Shown here one piece after another: positions 24,230 through 36,280 of a DNA stretch of 64,000 nt (position 1 is its first letter; every line of letters begins with the position of its first letter). Made by a program: the position numbers and the translations under genes. Source of the stretch: Octopus sinensis (taxonomy: Eukaryota); the NCBI RefSeq assembly GCF_006345805.1, contig NW_021832415.1, positions 1 to 64,000 of the forward strand, read 5' to 3'. Under the pieces are notes generated by a model that had not been told where the DNA came from, made no database searches, and saw only the letters and a program-made list of their open reading frames with translations.

Positions 24230-26960
24230 AATTACAAACCAAGAGAGCACAATTCTTTTATCAAGCTTAGTTGTATTTTAGAAACATCAAAAAACGGGCA
24301 TAAAGTATCAGCGGATTGGAGCTTCTCTGTAATCGCGACACTGTGATCAAGTCAAGCACGGGCGTGCGGGAACGTCCCTTTTACGTTCATTAAGGACTTT
24401 ATCAAACAATCTTCCAAAATTTCATCACCGGGCTCAAGATTGTTATTAATTGAGATAACTAGGCTAGATTTTCAAAAAGTTCAAGAACTATTCGAATATA
24501 GAAGGGCATGGCTTGCACCTGTTTGCCCCCATGCTAATTTTCTCTTTATTAGACTCTTCGACTTTATTTACTATAAAAGGGGATTCGAGTTATTTACTAA
24601 AGAAGTGCCTATACGGATGCACAAAGTTTTCGACTATGATGTTCTCAAGTCATGTGGAGAAAGTACTCGCCAATGTACTAGCCAAGGATCTGTGAAATAT
24701 TCTGAAAGTGATTTAAAAAAAGTGCCCGTTTCCACTCACAGTCTGTATCAATAAAATATACGAAGTAATCTCCGTAACTGTAGAATATGCGCCTTGAAAA
24801 TTTGCCATTTTCTCTCTCAGAATTGAACGTATAACTTTTTCGGACACTTTCTCTGGTATTGTTTAAAACTCAGTTACAACATGCTAGCCCAAACCGTGGT
24901 GAAAAAATACTCGATTGTGAAATATTGGGTCACTGCCCAACTGGGTCCCCAGATGGCTGGACAAGGGGTTGGGGGGACGAAAGGAGTCGGGTCAGCTACG
25001 TTTTGGTTGTCTCACGAGGCCTTTTCGAAGGCCAACAAAACCTATTATTCATAAATTTTAATTGATTAAATTTTAATGTTTTATTTTTACTATTATTTTA
25101 TTTTTTTACAAAAAAATCTGGCCATGTGCCCACAAAAACGTGTCTATGGCAAGACGGAAGTGCTATTAACCTACTAACTAAATATTTACTAGAATAATAA
25201 AATTTTTACTAAGCGAGATAGGAAAAGTAGAGAAAAGGTGAGATGCTAGGTAAGGTAGAAGAGTAGTCGAGAGTCCAAGGATCAGCTCAACTACGTCGGA
25301 CTGCGGTTTCCGCGGTTAATAAAAAATGGTGGTCGATGTCCGGAACAAGTATCTACTGAACTAGATTTTATTAAAATGTTTTCATTCCATTCTATAAAAA
25401 AGTTTTAGATCTAATTAAATTTGGGTTATTGTCAAATCAGCTGGCTTATTTACTTGTTGCAGGAATTATTTGCAGCGGTCGAAAAACCCTTTTTTGTAGA
25501 AATCTCCGCTCGCCTATTAGCCATGCACTTTTTTGAAATTTTTTTAATGTTTATTGAATACAACTTTTATGAAGTCTCTCATTCTTGATTAAGAGTATCC
25601 GGACGATTGGTTTTCATAAGCACTTTCATATTTCCACGTTGAGAAAATCATATCCAACTGGATAATAAGCTCAAATCATTAGCATTTGTAATATTGTAGT
25701 TTCGGGAAATGAATTCTACGATAGAGATCATGTGTGTGTTTTTGAATTAACGACTTACATAATTCTTCAGGCAGTAATTGGCTTAATGTTTCAAGTCATG
25801 ATAAAATAGAAAAAGAATTTGCTTAGATTTGTGGCTAACGAACTTGAACCTTCTTTCGGTCGCAATTGAATATGCTTCTCCGTAAGGATTCTGTGAACAT
25901 TAATATCACTTTATTTAAATTTTTCAGGTTCGATATCAAATTTAGCCCAGATATCAGTATTCGTTAGCGAGCTTCATAAAAAAGGATGCAATTTATAAGA
26001 GCAGATGATTTGCTACATAGATTAAGTGAGCATATCCTATCCCCAATGTTACTTTCAGATATTTTCCATACAAAATTTGACTTGAAGGATCAAATAACAA
26101 AGATTTGTGGCAACAGAAAGTTTCCTTGCAAAATTGCTCTTTTTATTTTCACTTCTAATGACTTAGAAACCAAAATTCAATCTTATTTTCCATTTCTTTA
26201 TCAGGCTCTGAATAAAACAGCCAAGGTAACAAATAGTCTAAAAACTTACTTCACATCAATCTTTGTAGAAAATTGTTTTTGCCATCTTTTTGGTTGATAC
26301 GTTGGTTGATTAATGACACACTGATACACTGGTAATACACCTATTTTTCGGCTCCATGACACATTTTTTGTATACTAAATTGATTGGCAGTAATCATGAG
26401 CTGCTGCCAATGTAAAGTCGTCCTATCCTATACAACCTATGTAAATACAAACACGCGATCAACAGCCACCAATTTTGCAAGGATAAAGACATACAGTCTC
26501 CATAAGGTCTGTGAATAATGTAAATGAAATGCCTCCGGGGTAATTGTTGGTGTATGAATATATACTAGACAGTTGGCAAGAATAGGTCTCCAGAAAAAGA
26601 AGAGCCATCTCACTCCCTTTGCAATGCCAATGGATTTGATTAGCACAATCTGGAGCAGTTTAACTAGACTAATATCACATCCAAACTATTATGTGCTTAT
26701 GTCACCGAAATGGCATATCCGAAAACTTAGCTAGCGCGAATTTGAGGCAGACAACTATTCCAAATCACGTGTAATTTTCCACTCTGTCCATTCTTAACAA
26801 TGAGATATGCCAGCACAAGTAATAAGTCATGTGTTTTTCTCTTAAAAACAACCGTTTTATAGTTTATTTTAAATCTTGCGTTGTTTGGCCTAAATGTTAG
26901 ATCAGAGGCGTTAATATTTCTCAGCAATTGCTAATAAACCAGTAGATGCAGTTTATCAAA
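24230..26960 (-). pseudogene. Probable decayed protein-coding sequence, unassigned
   Basis: Long protein-like stretches broken by stops (e.g. INNNLEPGDEILEDCLIKSL; LSQLLPEELCKSLIQKHTHDLYRRIHF). No family was recognised with confidence. Confidence 0.25.
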
Positions 26961-27199
26961 TCATTTAAAGAGAAACACTTTTCCTGCGATTTTTTGAAAT
27001 TAGATAATATACACGTCGAATTTCCAAATCAATATTTTCAAAATCTTTTGTTTCATTATTGACTAATTCAATATATTAATTGGAAAGGGATAAATCATAT
27101 TTGTTTATGCCTTTAAAAATATTCGAAAATTGATTTTTCTATGCACCACACTCCTTTTTCTTTACATTTCCTACAATAGTCTTTAAAATTGCATGTTTC

Positions 27200-27830
27200 A
27201 GAGCTATTCTTGAGGCCAACAGCGTTAAAAGCGCAAGCTTTAGTGTTAATGCACCAAACATTAGTGCTAATTTTCGCATATAAGCAAGAATTAACGGTTT
27301 TCGGAAAATTCTATGTTAGAGTGAGAGCTATATATGGACAAAAAATCTTTTTCAACCAAAAAACTGATTGTTGAACATTCAATTAATGAAAAATCTAACA
27401 AAGAAATAAGTGACTATATAAATATGTCTCAATCCTTCATAAGCCGAATACTTTGTCAATGGAGTAAATCCAGAGATATTGAGAGCAATATTTTTCCAAA
27501 TTGAATGATTTATACAAGCAATAAATTTTTAATGCGTCGATGATAATCCATTATTCACACTATCAAAACTAAAAGACATGCTGTTTTCAGAATATCGGAT
27601 AAATATCAGTCCGAGTACTATTAACAGATGTCTTAAAGACTTTCACTACACAGTGAAACAAATTGTGAAAATACCAGTGAGGCAAAATGTAATGCTACCA
27701 TTAAACTTGAAAAAAATATGCGAGTAATTTTCGACGCTTACAAATTGAAATCGAAGATAAGAACATCATTTTTCTGGATAAAGTAGGATTTTCAGTTTGT
27801 ATGCGTGCGAAAAAAAGAGAGCCAGGTCCA
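27200..27830 (+). mobile_element. Tc1/IS630-like element: degenerate left terminus plus 5' half of the transposase
   Basis: DNPLFTLSKLKDML..NISPSTINRCLKDFHYTVK...KNIIFLDKVGF. The terminal motif CAAGC(T/A)TTAGTGTTAATGCA is inverted relative to 31330-31375. Confidence 0.78.
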
Positions 27831-28716
27831 TTATTTATAATAGATAATTCTCGATACACCATTATAAAGAATTACTGAAGTCATTCCAAATTTTAATATT
27901 AAAATTTACTACAATACTTTCCTTTATAAATCCCATAGAGAGTATATTCTTTGTATGGAAGCGTCTTGTAATTTCTGCAGCGAAATAGAGTTACAATACC
28001 CCATAGAAACGTTCTCCAGTTTTGTGAGTCGTCAGAAAAAACGTGTATTGAAACTAGCGAGAGAAATCAAACCAAATATCATGCGTTCTGTGTTCACGGC
28101 AAAGATTTTTTCAGTTATATTTCAGTCTTGTGGTTTTTCATTATGTTTAACATTCGACTTTATTAGTGTCATTCTTAACCAGAACATTATTCTCAAACAA
28201 AATAAAATAAACATCATCTATCACACCATCATAAAAATAACACAAATAGTCAGTATAACCAATTCATAAAACGAAGATTTACTTTAAGTCTACAATCCTT
28301 TGCAATGGTATGTGCTTCGTATTTGTGTTAACCTCGCTCTCTCTTGTCTTTAATACCGGCCTTCAATATAATTTATTGTCATATCCGGGTTCGATTCCCC
28401 ATTAAAACATTTTTTAAATAACAGTTTGAAACGATTAGCCTAAACACCAACTCAAATGCTGACCAAATGAACGCTCTGGGTCACATAAAAGAATAATCTA
28501 AAACATGCTACAATCATTTTAGATAATTTTAGGGAAGCAAAAATAATTTGCGTTTTCAAGAATGGTGGCTTGTCCGTAAGAATTAGCATTTTCTAACTTT
28601 TTAAGAAAAATGATTTTCTCATAAAGTTGGATTTATTTGATATTTTAATAAAAATAATATATAAATTCATTTTTAAAAACCATTTAAATAATAATAAAAT
28701 ATTGTCAATTTACAAA

Positions 28717-29640
28717 ATGCTCGGATTTTATCTTATTGCTCTAATTTTAATAAATAATTTAACTGCAAATAATTTAAGCCAAATTGGAGAGTTTTTTATG
28801 AATATTAATTTGTGTTAGTTTTAACTGTGACTGCTATTATTCATTATTCGAACGGGGTGATAATCCACGAACTATAAAAATACTGAATTCCCCACCAAAA
28901 TGGAATTCCGAGTTTGAATTTAGAGATGCAGCAATCTTGTACTGAAAAGTTTTATATTAATAATAGTCAGTGTCAATCCAGTTCATTTTACGAAATATGG
29001 GCACATTCTTTTGACAATTTGCCTAAATTGCTTGAAATGTACATCTAAACACTTATAATCATTAGCGATCTGAAATATTGTGATAATTTGAATTTTATTG
29101 ACGTCGATGCTTTCTCAGATCTCACCCTTTTAAAAACAATGTAATAATCATTTTTAATTTTAAAGAATAATGCCACAGAACTCCATTTTTAAACAACCTA
29201 ATTTTAAGACCAAGACATCTATTCGGTATTTTAGTCAATCATTGTTTAGCATGTCTTCATCGAACAAGATATGCATATACAATGGCGAGTTGGAAGAGTA
29301 TACAATGTATTCAGAGACTTTCTTATATAGGGTTACAATGAAGGATTCTTATCTATATTTTGATACTACAGATGTTATACTGAGAAGTAAATGGCGTTCA
29401 ATAAAAACTCTTACATTGTCTGAAACATATTGTATGTCTTACTTAATTATCAATAGCCTGCGATAAATGCGACCTCATGGAGCCATATAATATTCTATGC
29501 ATAACTGGATATGTGGAAATTGATGATTCATGACCGATTCTACGTTAACTTTAATTTTATTTTCCTTTTTTGGTCTTAATTAATTTCAACTATTACTTGC
29601 TATTTTAGCAGTGTTGGTTTTACCAGACAAATTAAATTCT
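28717..29640 (+). CDS. Signal peptide plus LRR ectodomain, glycoprotein-hormone-receptor (LGR)-like; appears truncated at the C-terminus
   Basis: Spliced ORF MLGFYLIALILINNLTANN..CDC...IWAHSFDNLPKLLE/IDLKYCDNLNFIDVDAFSDLTLLKT/IIMPQNSIFKQPN. Phase-2 exons of 72 nt and exactly 75 nt (29066-29140). Confidence 0.62.
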
Positions 29641-30439
29641 GTAAAAATTTTATAAAAGTCTCTCGAAGTCTAAAAAGTATCATCGAACATAAAATTTATT
29701 ATTTTGAATAGAATTAAGCTGCATTCTTAAATACATTTTTTGGACAATTCATTAGATGCTTTACTTTCTTTTAGAAAAGTATTACATTCAATTTTTCACA
29801 AAAATTGAAAAATAAAAATCCAAATAAAATTAGTTTTCAATTAATGTCTATTACTGCCTTGATTAATTTATAAAAATGCTAAAAAAAGTTTCTATAAAGT
29901 TTTTTGGTCAATTATGTCAACTTTTTAGATTTTTAAACAAATTTTTTAAGTCATTTCAATTTTTTAAACAAAATGGTTAGGATAAAGTTTTTAATCTCAA
30001 GTTTGACTCAATAGGCACACTCGGCAAAGCTTTCTCCGTTGTTATATTTGTAAACCGCGACTTTTGGCGTTCTCTCGGCGGGATCATTCTAAACTTATTT
30101 TCTGTATAAATACTCTCCAGTGTTTTTCGGATAATCACTGACTGATTGTAGGTTTGTGTGGGTCCTTCGATCAAACTTAGTTGCGGATTCCTGACATTCA
30201 ACTTTGCCACAGATTTTGAAATAAAGAACTTTTCGTAAAAAATCCAGATGATCATAGGTCATCTGCGTTACTTGATCGATAATTACCCGTAACGAGAACA
30301 GATTCTTACGCTTCAGACTGCACATGGACTATGCGGTCTACGTTATTGGTGGTTTCTCTCTTGTTATCTTTTGTAGAAACGTTTTACTCTACGAGCTTTC
30401 GATCGTCGAATTTAACTACAATCTTCTTCGACAGTACTT

Positions 30440-30620
30440 TTCATTGATGTGGCTGTCCAAAGTTGTAAAGCAATCCAACAAACGAATGAGTGTCGAATGT
30501 TTAATACGAAGATTAGTCTTTATACCGGTTGAAAGAATGGGGGATCCAAGAATCCGGAGATCGTTGATATCAGTTGTCTGTACTTGACCAAGGCTAGTGC
30601 GGAAGGACAATAGTAGATGG
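30440..30620 (-). mobile_element. CRE internal RT fragment
   Basis: DINDLRILGSPI...LIRLL...LDSH aligns with LSELEILGAPI...DIDPH of the element at 2815-5707. Confidence 0.65.
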
Positions 30621-31159
30621 CCAAAGCGTTCATTAACAAGTTAAGGCTAACTAATTTAGATTTTGCACAGTGAGAGCTAAGAGGTACAAAATATGAAAAT
30701 TGTTGTTGTAAACTTGAAGGAAGTGGTTGCGACGGATGTAGCCGAAGGCGTTTTTTATATCGAGTTTGAGGAGTCCTCTTTCAGAGCAAGAAGCAGCTGA
30801 AGCACTGGCTATATAATATCTTAAGGCATGAGCGGCAGCCTCACATCCGTTCCTAACAGAAACTCTAAGTTGAACAGGCTCGAAAAATGGCTCAAGATCA
30901 GAATAGACAAGCCTGCAAACAATCTTAGCAGATAGCGTCCTAAAGTAATGCTAACAGCGATGGGGCAAACTCATCCATCGGTTTTCCTTAAGCCAGTGAA
31001 GTTGGCAAAGAAGAATAAGTCACGCGTAAACGGGATAATGTTGCCAAAAAACGATTGCAAAGAGTAGTGATTGCCTTTAGTTGCTGAATTCTTGTTTGGT
31101 GGAGTGGAATCAACTATGCATAAATTTTTGTCATTTTTCTTTAATACCGAGGTCTATGA

Positions 31160-31387
31160 AACACATGGCTTCAACAGCGAAATAGAGTTGAAAAATTTCA
31201 TAAGTGAAAAGATGAATGAAATAACGATCGAACATTATGACACTTTTCATCGAAAAATGCTCAAATATGTTTCATTTGCCAAGCAGAAAGTAAAAATTAA
31301 TGAATAAAATTTCGATTTGTTAAACCTTCGACACTAATGCTGGTTGCATTAACACTAATGCTTGATGCGTCAACGGGGAAAATTCTA
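31160..31387 (+). mobile_element. Tc1/IS630-like element 3' end with right terminus
   Basis: SEIELKNFISEKMNEITIEHYDTFHRKMLKYV is homologous to the 62845-63060 C-terminus. The terminus ends ...GGGGAAAATTCTA; a related terminus lies at 31905-31949. Confidence 0.7.
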
Positions 31388-31446
31388 TTGTCGGGATGGA
31401 CAGGATTAAAAAACTTAATTAAATTAATTATTTTTGTAATTGATAA

Positions 31447-31707
31447 CAAAACAGAAGAAGTACCGGGTCCTGGCAAAGAATCACCAATTCACTGCAGTCG
31501 CGGTGGAAACCTCTGGAGTCATCGGCCCGCAGACGCTATCGTTTCTCCGCCGCCTTGGATCTAAGCTCGTGGTTGCCACGAAAGATCCCAACGAGTCGAT
31601 CAGACTCTTTCAAAGGATCTCATTGGCCATCATGCGCGGGAATTGCCAGTCGATCCGCTGCGCATTTTAACCCTTTTCACTTTCTCTATTAGTATAAATA
31701 AATATAA
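31447..31707 (+). mobile_element. 5'-truncated CRE copy with 9-bp TSD AATTGATAA
   Basis: AVAVETSGVIGPQTLSFLRRLG..KDPNE..LFQRISLAIMRGN. TSD at 31438-31446 and 31708-31716. Confidence 0.9.
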
Positions 31708-32115
31708 AATTGATAATTCAATAATAAGATTGTTTGAAGTTTATCGATAAATTGACAGATTAACATTAATTGAAGGTCAGTGTAACGCGCATCCCATACG
31801 TATCATTTGGCCCATGTCACATAATAGTTTATTAATTATAGAAATAACATCAATATGACCAATAAAAAATAATATGACTTATATGACTTTTGGTTGCCCT
31901 AGTCAACACTAATGCTTGCACTTTCGATGTTAAAACTCGGAAAATCCTATATAACTAAGAAAAACCGCTGTAAAGACAACGAATCTTCTTGCAATATTCC
32001 ATTATTTCGTTTTATGATTCAAATCCTCTCCGTACTAAACTTTCTCTATTGAATTTTGACACTTCCTCCTTGTTCCCAGCTGATTTTCAAAAAATAAAAT
32101 TGAATGATTCTAGAT

Positions 32116-32662
32116 CAGCGGTTCTCAAATGCGGCCCCCGGGGCCGCATGTGGCCCCCAGGATTTTTTTTGCGGCCCCTCTAGAGTAACTAACTTTTTTA
32201 ATTTTTTAATAATGTTTAAATTTAATTATTCATTCTTAAGGTTAAACATATCCATAATTGGTGATTTCATTAATCAATTTGAAGCACGTTTTGGAGTACA
32301 TTATAAATTTAATTTTTAGAATTTTAAAGAATTCCTTCCTTTAATGAAAATATTCGTAACTCCATTCACCGTGGAAATTAAGGATGCGCCTGCAAAGTTT
32401 CAACTAGAACTCATTAGTTTGCAACATGATATAGAACTGGCGGCATTATTAAAAAATGCGTCCATTATTAATTTTTACGAATTAATTCCTCAAGACAAAT
32501 TCAAAAATATAGCACACAATGCATATATGAATCTACATATTTATGCGAATATATTTAGTAAAATGGAAAATATAAAAATATATAAAATATTTTTTGTGCG
32601 GCCCGCGAAGCTAATCTTAATTATCGATTTGGCCCTTGAGCTAAAAAGGTTGAGAACCCCTG
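32116..32662 (+). mobile_element. Non-autonomous hAT (Buster) element, 547 bp, 8-bp TSD TTCTAGAT
   Basis: Termini CAGCGGTTCTCAA and TTGAGAACCCCTG; TSD at 32108-32115 and 32663-32670; remnant APAKFQLELISLQHD...INFYELIP. Confidence 0.95.
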
Positions 32663-33069
32663 TTCTAGATAATTAGTAAGCTCAGAATTATACAAATTGT
32701 GAACAATGAAAGCTTATTGGTCTCTAGGAGTGATATAAATAATCTTTTAGAATATTCAAAAGATATGGAAATATAATTATGGCTGTTTGATTAACTAATT
32801 GATCCAATTTCTTAATGACAAAGACACTTGAATATGTCTAAAGTACAATTTAAAAGTGCATTTGGACCACAAAATGGGATGTTTTGTGGAATAAGTATGA
32901 ATTATCAAATTAATTTCAATTTTATAAAAATATCGCCTTTAAATTAAACAATTTAAAATGAAATTGATTATTGACATTTTTCAATATGTAGCTAATTATC
33001 TGACCCCGAGTCACTAATTTTATGATCGGCCGTAAGTTTTATAGGAATTTTGTCAAAATAAATTAGTTT

Positions 33070-33352
33070 TCTACTCTGCTCAGTTATATTTTTACAATTA
33101 CAACTTTACTCTTGTCTTTGCTCATTTCAGAAGCAAACAGTAAAAGTAAATTCTATTATCCAAGAGGCAGTGTTTTATTTTATTACCAATGGGCTATCGA
33201 GTTTTCGGGGAATAGACCGTCTCGAATATTATAGAAAGCTCTACCAAGGCTGCTCAAAAATAGAAGGGTCACTTGAACTTACACATCTAATAGTCATATC
33301 CAATCAAAGTCTGAAATTTATGACCGAATTTGTGACTGATGACCAAATTTAG
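33070..33352 (+). pseudogene. EGFR/ERBB-like 5' fragment (signal peptide and start of a Receptor L domain)
   Basis: TTLLLSLLISEANSK is followed by TNGLSSFRGIDRLEYYRKLYQGCSKIEGSLELTHL, resembling the EGFR L1 start. No continuation was found. Confidence 0.62.
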
Positions 33353-34907
33353 AACTAAAAAAGGACAATAATTTTTTAGGAACTTGGATTATAAGAAATC
33401 ATTTTTCGTTTTAAAATGTTGCTCCTTTACCAAAAATTTGTATGAAAAAATGAAAACAAGCGGTTCATTAAACATGTAGTGACCTGATAAGCTATTCGTC
33501 TTATAATATTGTCACTATTAAGGGATTAACTTCAAATAGCATAGAAACACGTTTTTTGATCCAAACTAATTCCATGCTAAACAAATATAATAATGAGAGT
33601 ATTGTTAACAAATAAGAAAAACTAATCAAAAACTAAAACAAGAACCATATTTAAATCCGAAAAAAATGATTCTTTCATGATTAGTCATTTTTTTGCAATT
33701 TCTGAGCAGTCCGTCCATATTATCACAGAGAGAATGACGTGAACTATTGAATTAAAGTTTACATCCATCTTTTTTCCAGTCAGTGAAGTTATTTTATATC
33801 AAACCAATATAGTCCGAAAAATTGCAAACTAAAATTGCTGTTTAATTTCAAATATCTGCAAAAATGTTTTAACTAAAACTTCTTAAAATTGCCACGTTTA
33901 ATTGTATTTGGTAGCTTTGTTCACTGTTGCCTTGATCTGTGCTGTCAGTATACTCACAGCCCCGTTGCAAGGCCATATTAAAATAGCTCCATTATGGAAG
34001 TTTACATTTCATTTTAAATATTTTATGCTGATATTTTTGTGTCATTTATTCGTATTTTCAGCAAAAATATAATTTCAGGTAATCACGAATTATTTCAATT
34101 CGAAATAATGTTTATGCGACCTGATAAATTCTGATAATTATTAATTTCTGATTAAATTGTTACTTATATTTCTATACCAGTATTAGCCCAAACATTTTTT
34201 CAGATTATGGAACAGAATAGCCTTGTTGTTTATTTTCAGTTTGGTTTAGTAATCATTGACTTTGCAAATTTTATGATCCATTCATGCACATCAGATTTAT
34301 CCAAATTTGTGATCTACTGAATCAAAGACTTTTTACATAGCTTTTGACCAATTTATTTGTTTATCATTGCTTTGGTTTTGCAGTGACATAAACAGGGAGT
34401 TCAGATTATTTAGTCGAGATGTACACAAGTACCAGCATTATATACAAGTTTTATAACCTTATTCGTACCTATGTTTTGATTAGCTTTGGTCGACTCCATA
34501 TTTTGTGCATTTTCTTGCACTGGCTAGTATTAATTCCTTTGCGGTTCTTATATGTTCGGTCTTTTCTTCATTAACATGCAGGGACCAATTCTTAAAACAA
34601 TTTCAAGTTCTGAATGCTTCTCTGACAATCTGTTATTAATTTTGTACTTTAAGTTGAATAGAAAACTTGCAAATTAAAAATACTACATACTTTTATCATT
34701 TTTTTCGATCAGATGGTCAAAAACATCCATGTGCCTCGATAACTCGATGGCAATGCTGGATCCGAAAATTCAGATTTTCTTGCCATCGTCATCATCTAAA
34801 TTGTTAGTAAAAAAGGGAAACCGGTAAATATATCGCGAAGTAAAGCATTTGAAAAATTCTCTTTCGATGCATTAATAGCTTTTTTTAAGTGTGTCATAAT
34901 TGTCATT

Positions 34908-35076
34908 TCAAGGACTAGTCACGATCCAAGAGAGTTTTCTTGGCTCCTGGAACGTCTGTCGATTGCTGTGATCCGAGGGAACGGCTTCGCCATTCGCGAG
35001 GCTGGTCGGGTGTCTCGTGAGGCCTTTAATTAACTTAGCTATCTTTAATTTCTTTCTTGCTTCCAAAAAAAAAAAA
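34908..35076 (+). mobile_element. 5'-truncated CRE copy with poly(A) tail and 10-bp TSD AATTGTCATT
   Basis: HDPREFSWLLERLSIAVIRGNG; A14 run at 35065-35078; TSD at 34898-34907 and 35077-35086. Confidence 0.9.
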
Positions 35077-35109
35077 AATTGTCATTAACGATAATGATTC
35101 TAAAAGTTT

Positions 35110-35750
35110 TAATTCTTCTTTATCTTTGATGTAGAGCAAATTAGGCTTATAGGGCTATAGCTTGAGACTTTTTCTTTAGGTTTTTTAGGTTTTCAAACCA
35201 TCCGAACTTCAGTTTTTTATGATTTTGGAACGTATTATCTCTGTAGGCTGGAATTGAAAAGGTTTGTAAGTAGAGACGGCAGCTTGAAACAGGCAATTGG
35301 AATTTTGTCATACTCTGGGGACACATTTTTGGCTGTCCTTATTGCTTTCAGGGTCTCAATATGCGTGTGTAGGTTACAGAAGGAGGCTCTAGTAAGGAGG
35401 CAGATGGATTTGCTTCAAGAACAGTTGCAAGTTCGGTTGTCGCCTCTTGACTGGACAGGGATCCTCCCGGAAGTTGCAGGCAAATTACTTCAGCCTTCGT
35501 TTGAGTTCTAGTTACTTTGTTATAAGCTGTCTAAAATGTGGGATGTTTTGGATGTAGTATTTTCGATTGTCTTAACAAAGCACGTTCTTTTCCGATTTAA
35601 GTCGTATAACAAAGTGATTTGGAAATAGCATTTATTCTTTCACTCATTAAAGTTCTGTCTAGGGAATCCTATGATTTTTTGAGTTTCAGCGTAAGTCTAT
35701 TTTTAAAGACAATTTTTGAATGTACTCCGGCAGTATTTGGGATTTTCTGT
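35110..35750 (-). mobile_element. Jockey/I/CR1-like LINE RT fragment
   Basis: Similar to 22960-23175; LTNLFNSSL..K..RPISL motifs, degraded. Confidence 0.65.
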
Positions 35751-36280
35751 TTTGAGTAAATTTTTCTGTTTTGAGTAAATTTTTCTGTTTTGTGAAATTC
35801 CTCAACAGACTTCATCTGTTCTTTCTATCTCGGTTTTCTTTTGACAGCCAAAAAATAGGAATTTAAAATTTAGGTCACATGAAATTGGTGCAAATTGGTT
35901 GCGTCTGAATAAATCAATAATTAAGTTTTTGTTTTCGCTAAATTTTTAGAGTACATATCCCCAATCAGTATCCACTCTTCGCCCATACAATAACTCGAGT
36001 GTTATAAATTCACAAGTGGTTTCGTTTTCTATTCTCAAGTTGTTTATCATGAACCCATTCACATAGAAGGGCGAATTTTTATTAAAACTAGATTTTTTTA
36101 AAAGGCAAATATTTGACCATCGAGAAAGCTTTTTCTTCTACACCTTCTTATAAAATCTAATTCAAAAATTGAAGTGATGAGATTAATTTTTAATAAAAAG
36201 ATACATAAAATAAAAATAACTAAATTCAATTTATTTATAATAAAATTCAAATTCCATTAGTCGCTTACTAATATAAAAAT

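Noticed and set aside
28385-28400. tRNA B-box-like CCGGGTTCGATTCCCC
   Set aside because: No A-box, acceptor stem or cloverleaf upstream; at most a T-arm remnant.
24230-28600. Alternative genetic code suggested by frequent in-frame stops
   Set aside because: The reconstructed genes (Arp3, KSR, HIG1, TRPML) translate with the standard code and end in TGA or TAA; in-frame stops occur in decayed regions together with frameshifts.
35745-35800. ~19-20 bp tandem repeat (TTTTTCTGTTTTGAGTAAA)
   Set aside because: Local slippage duplication inside a decayed LINE fragment.
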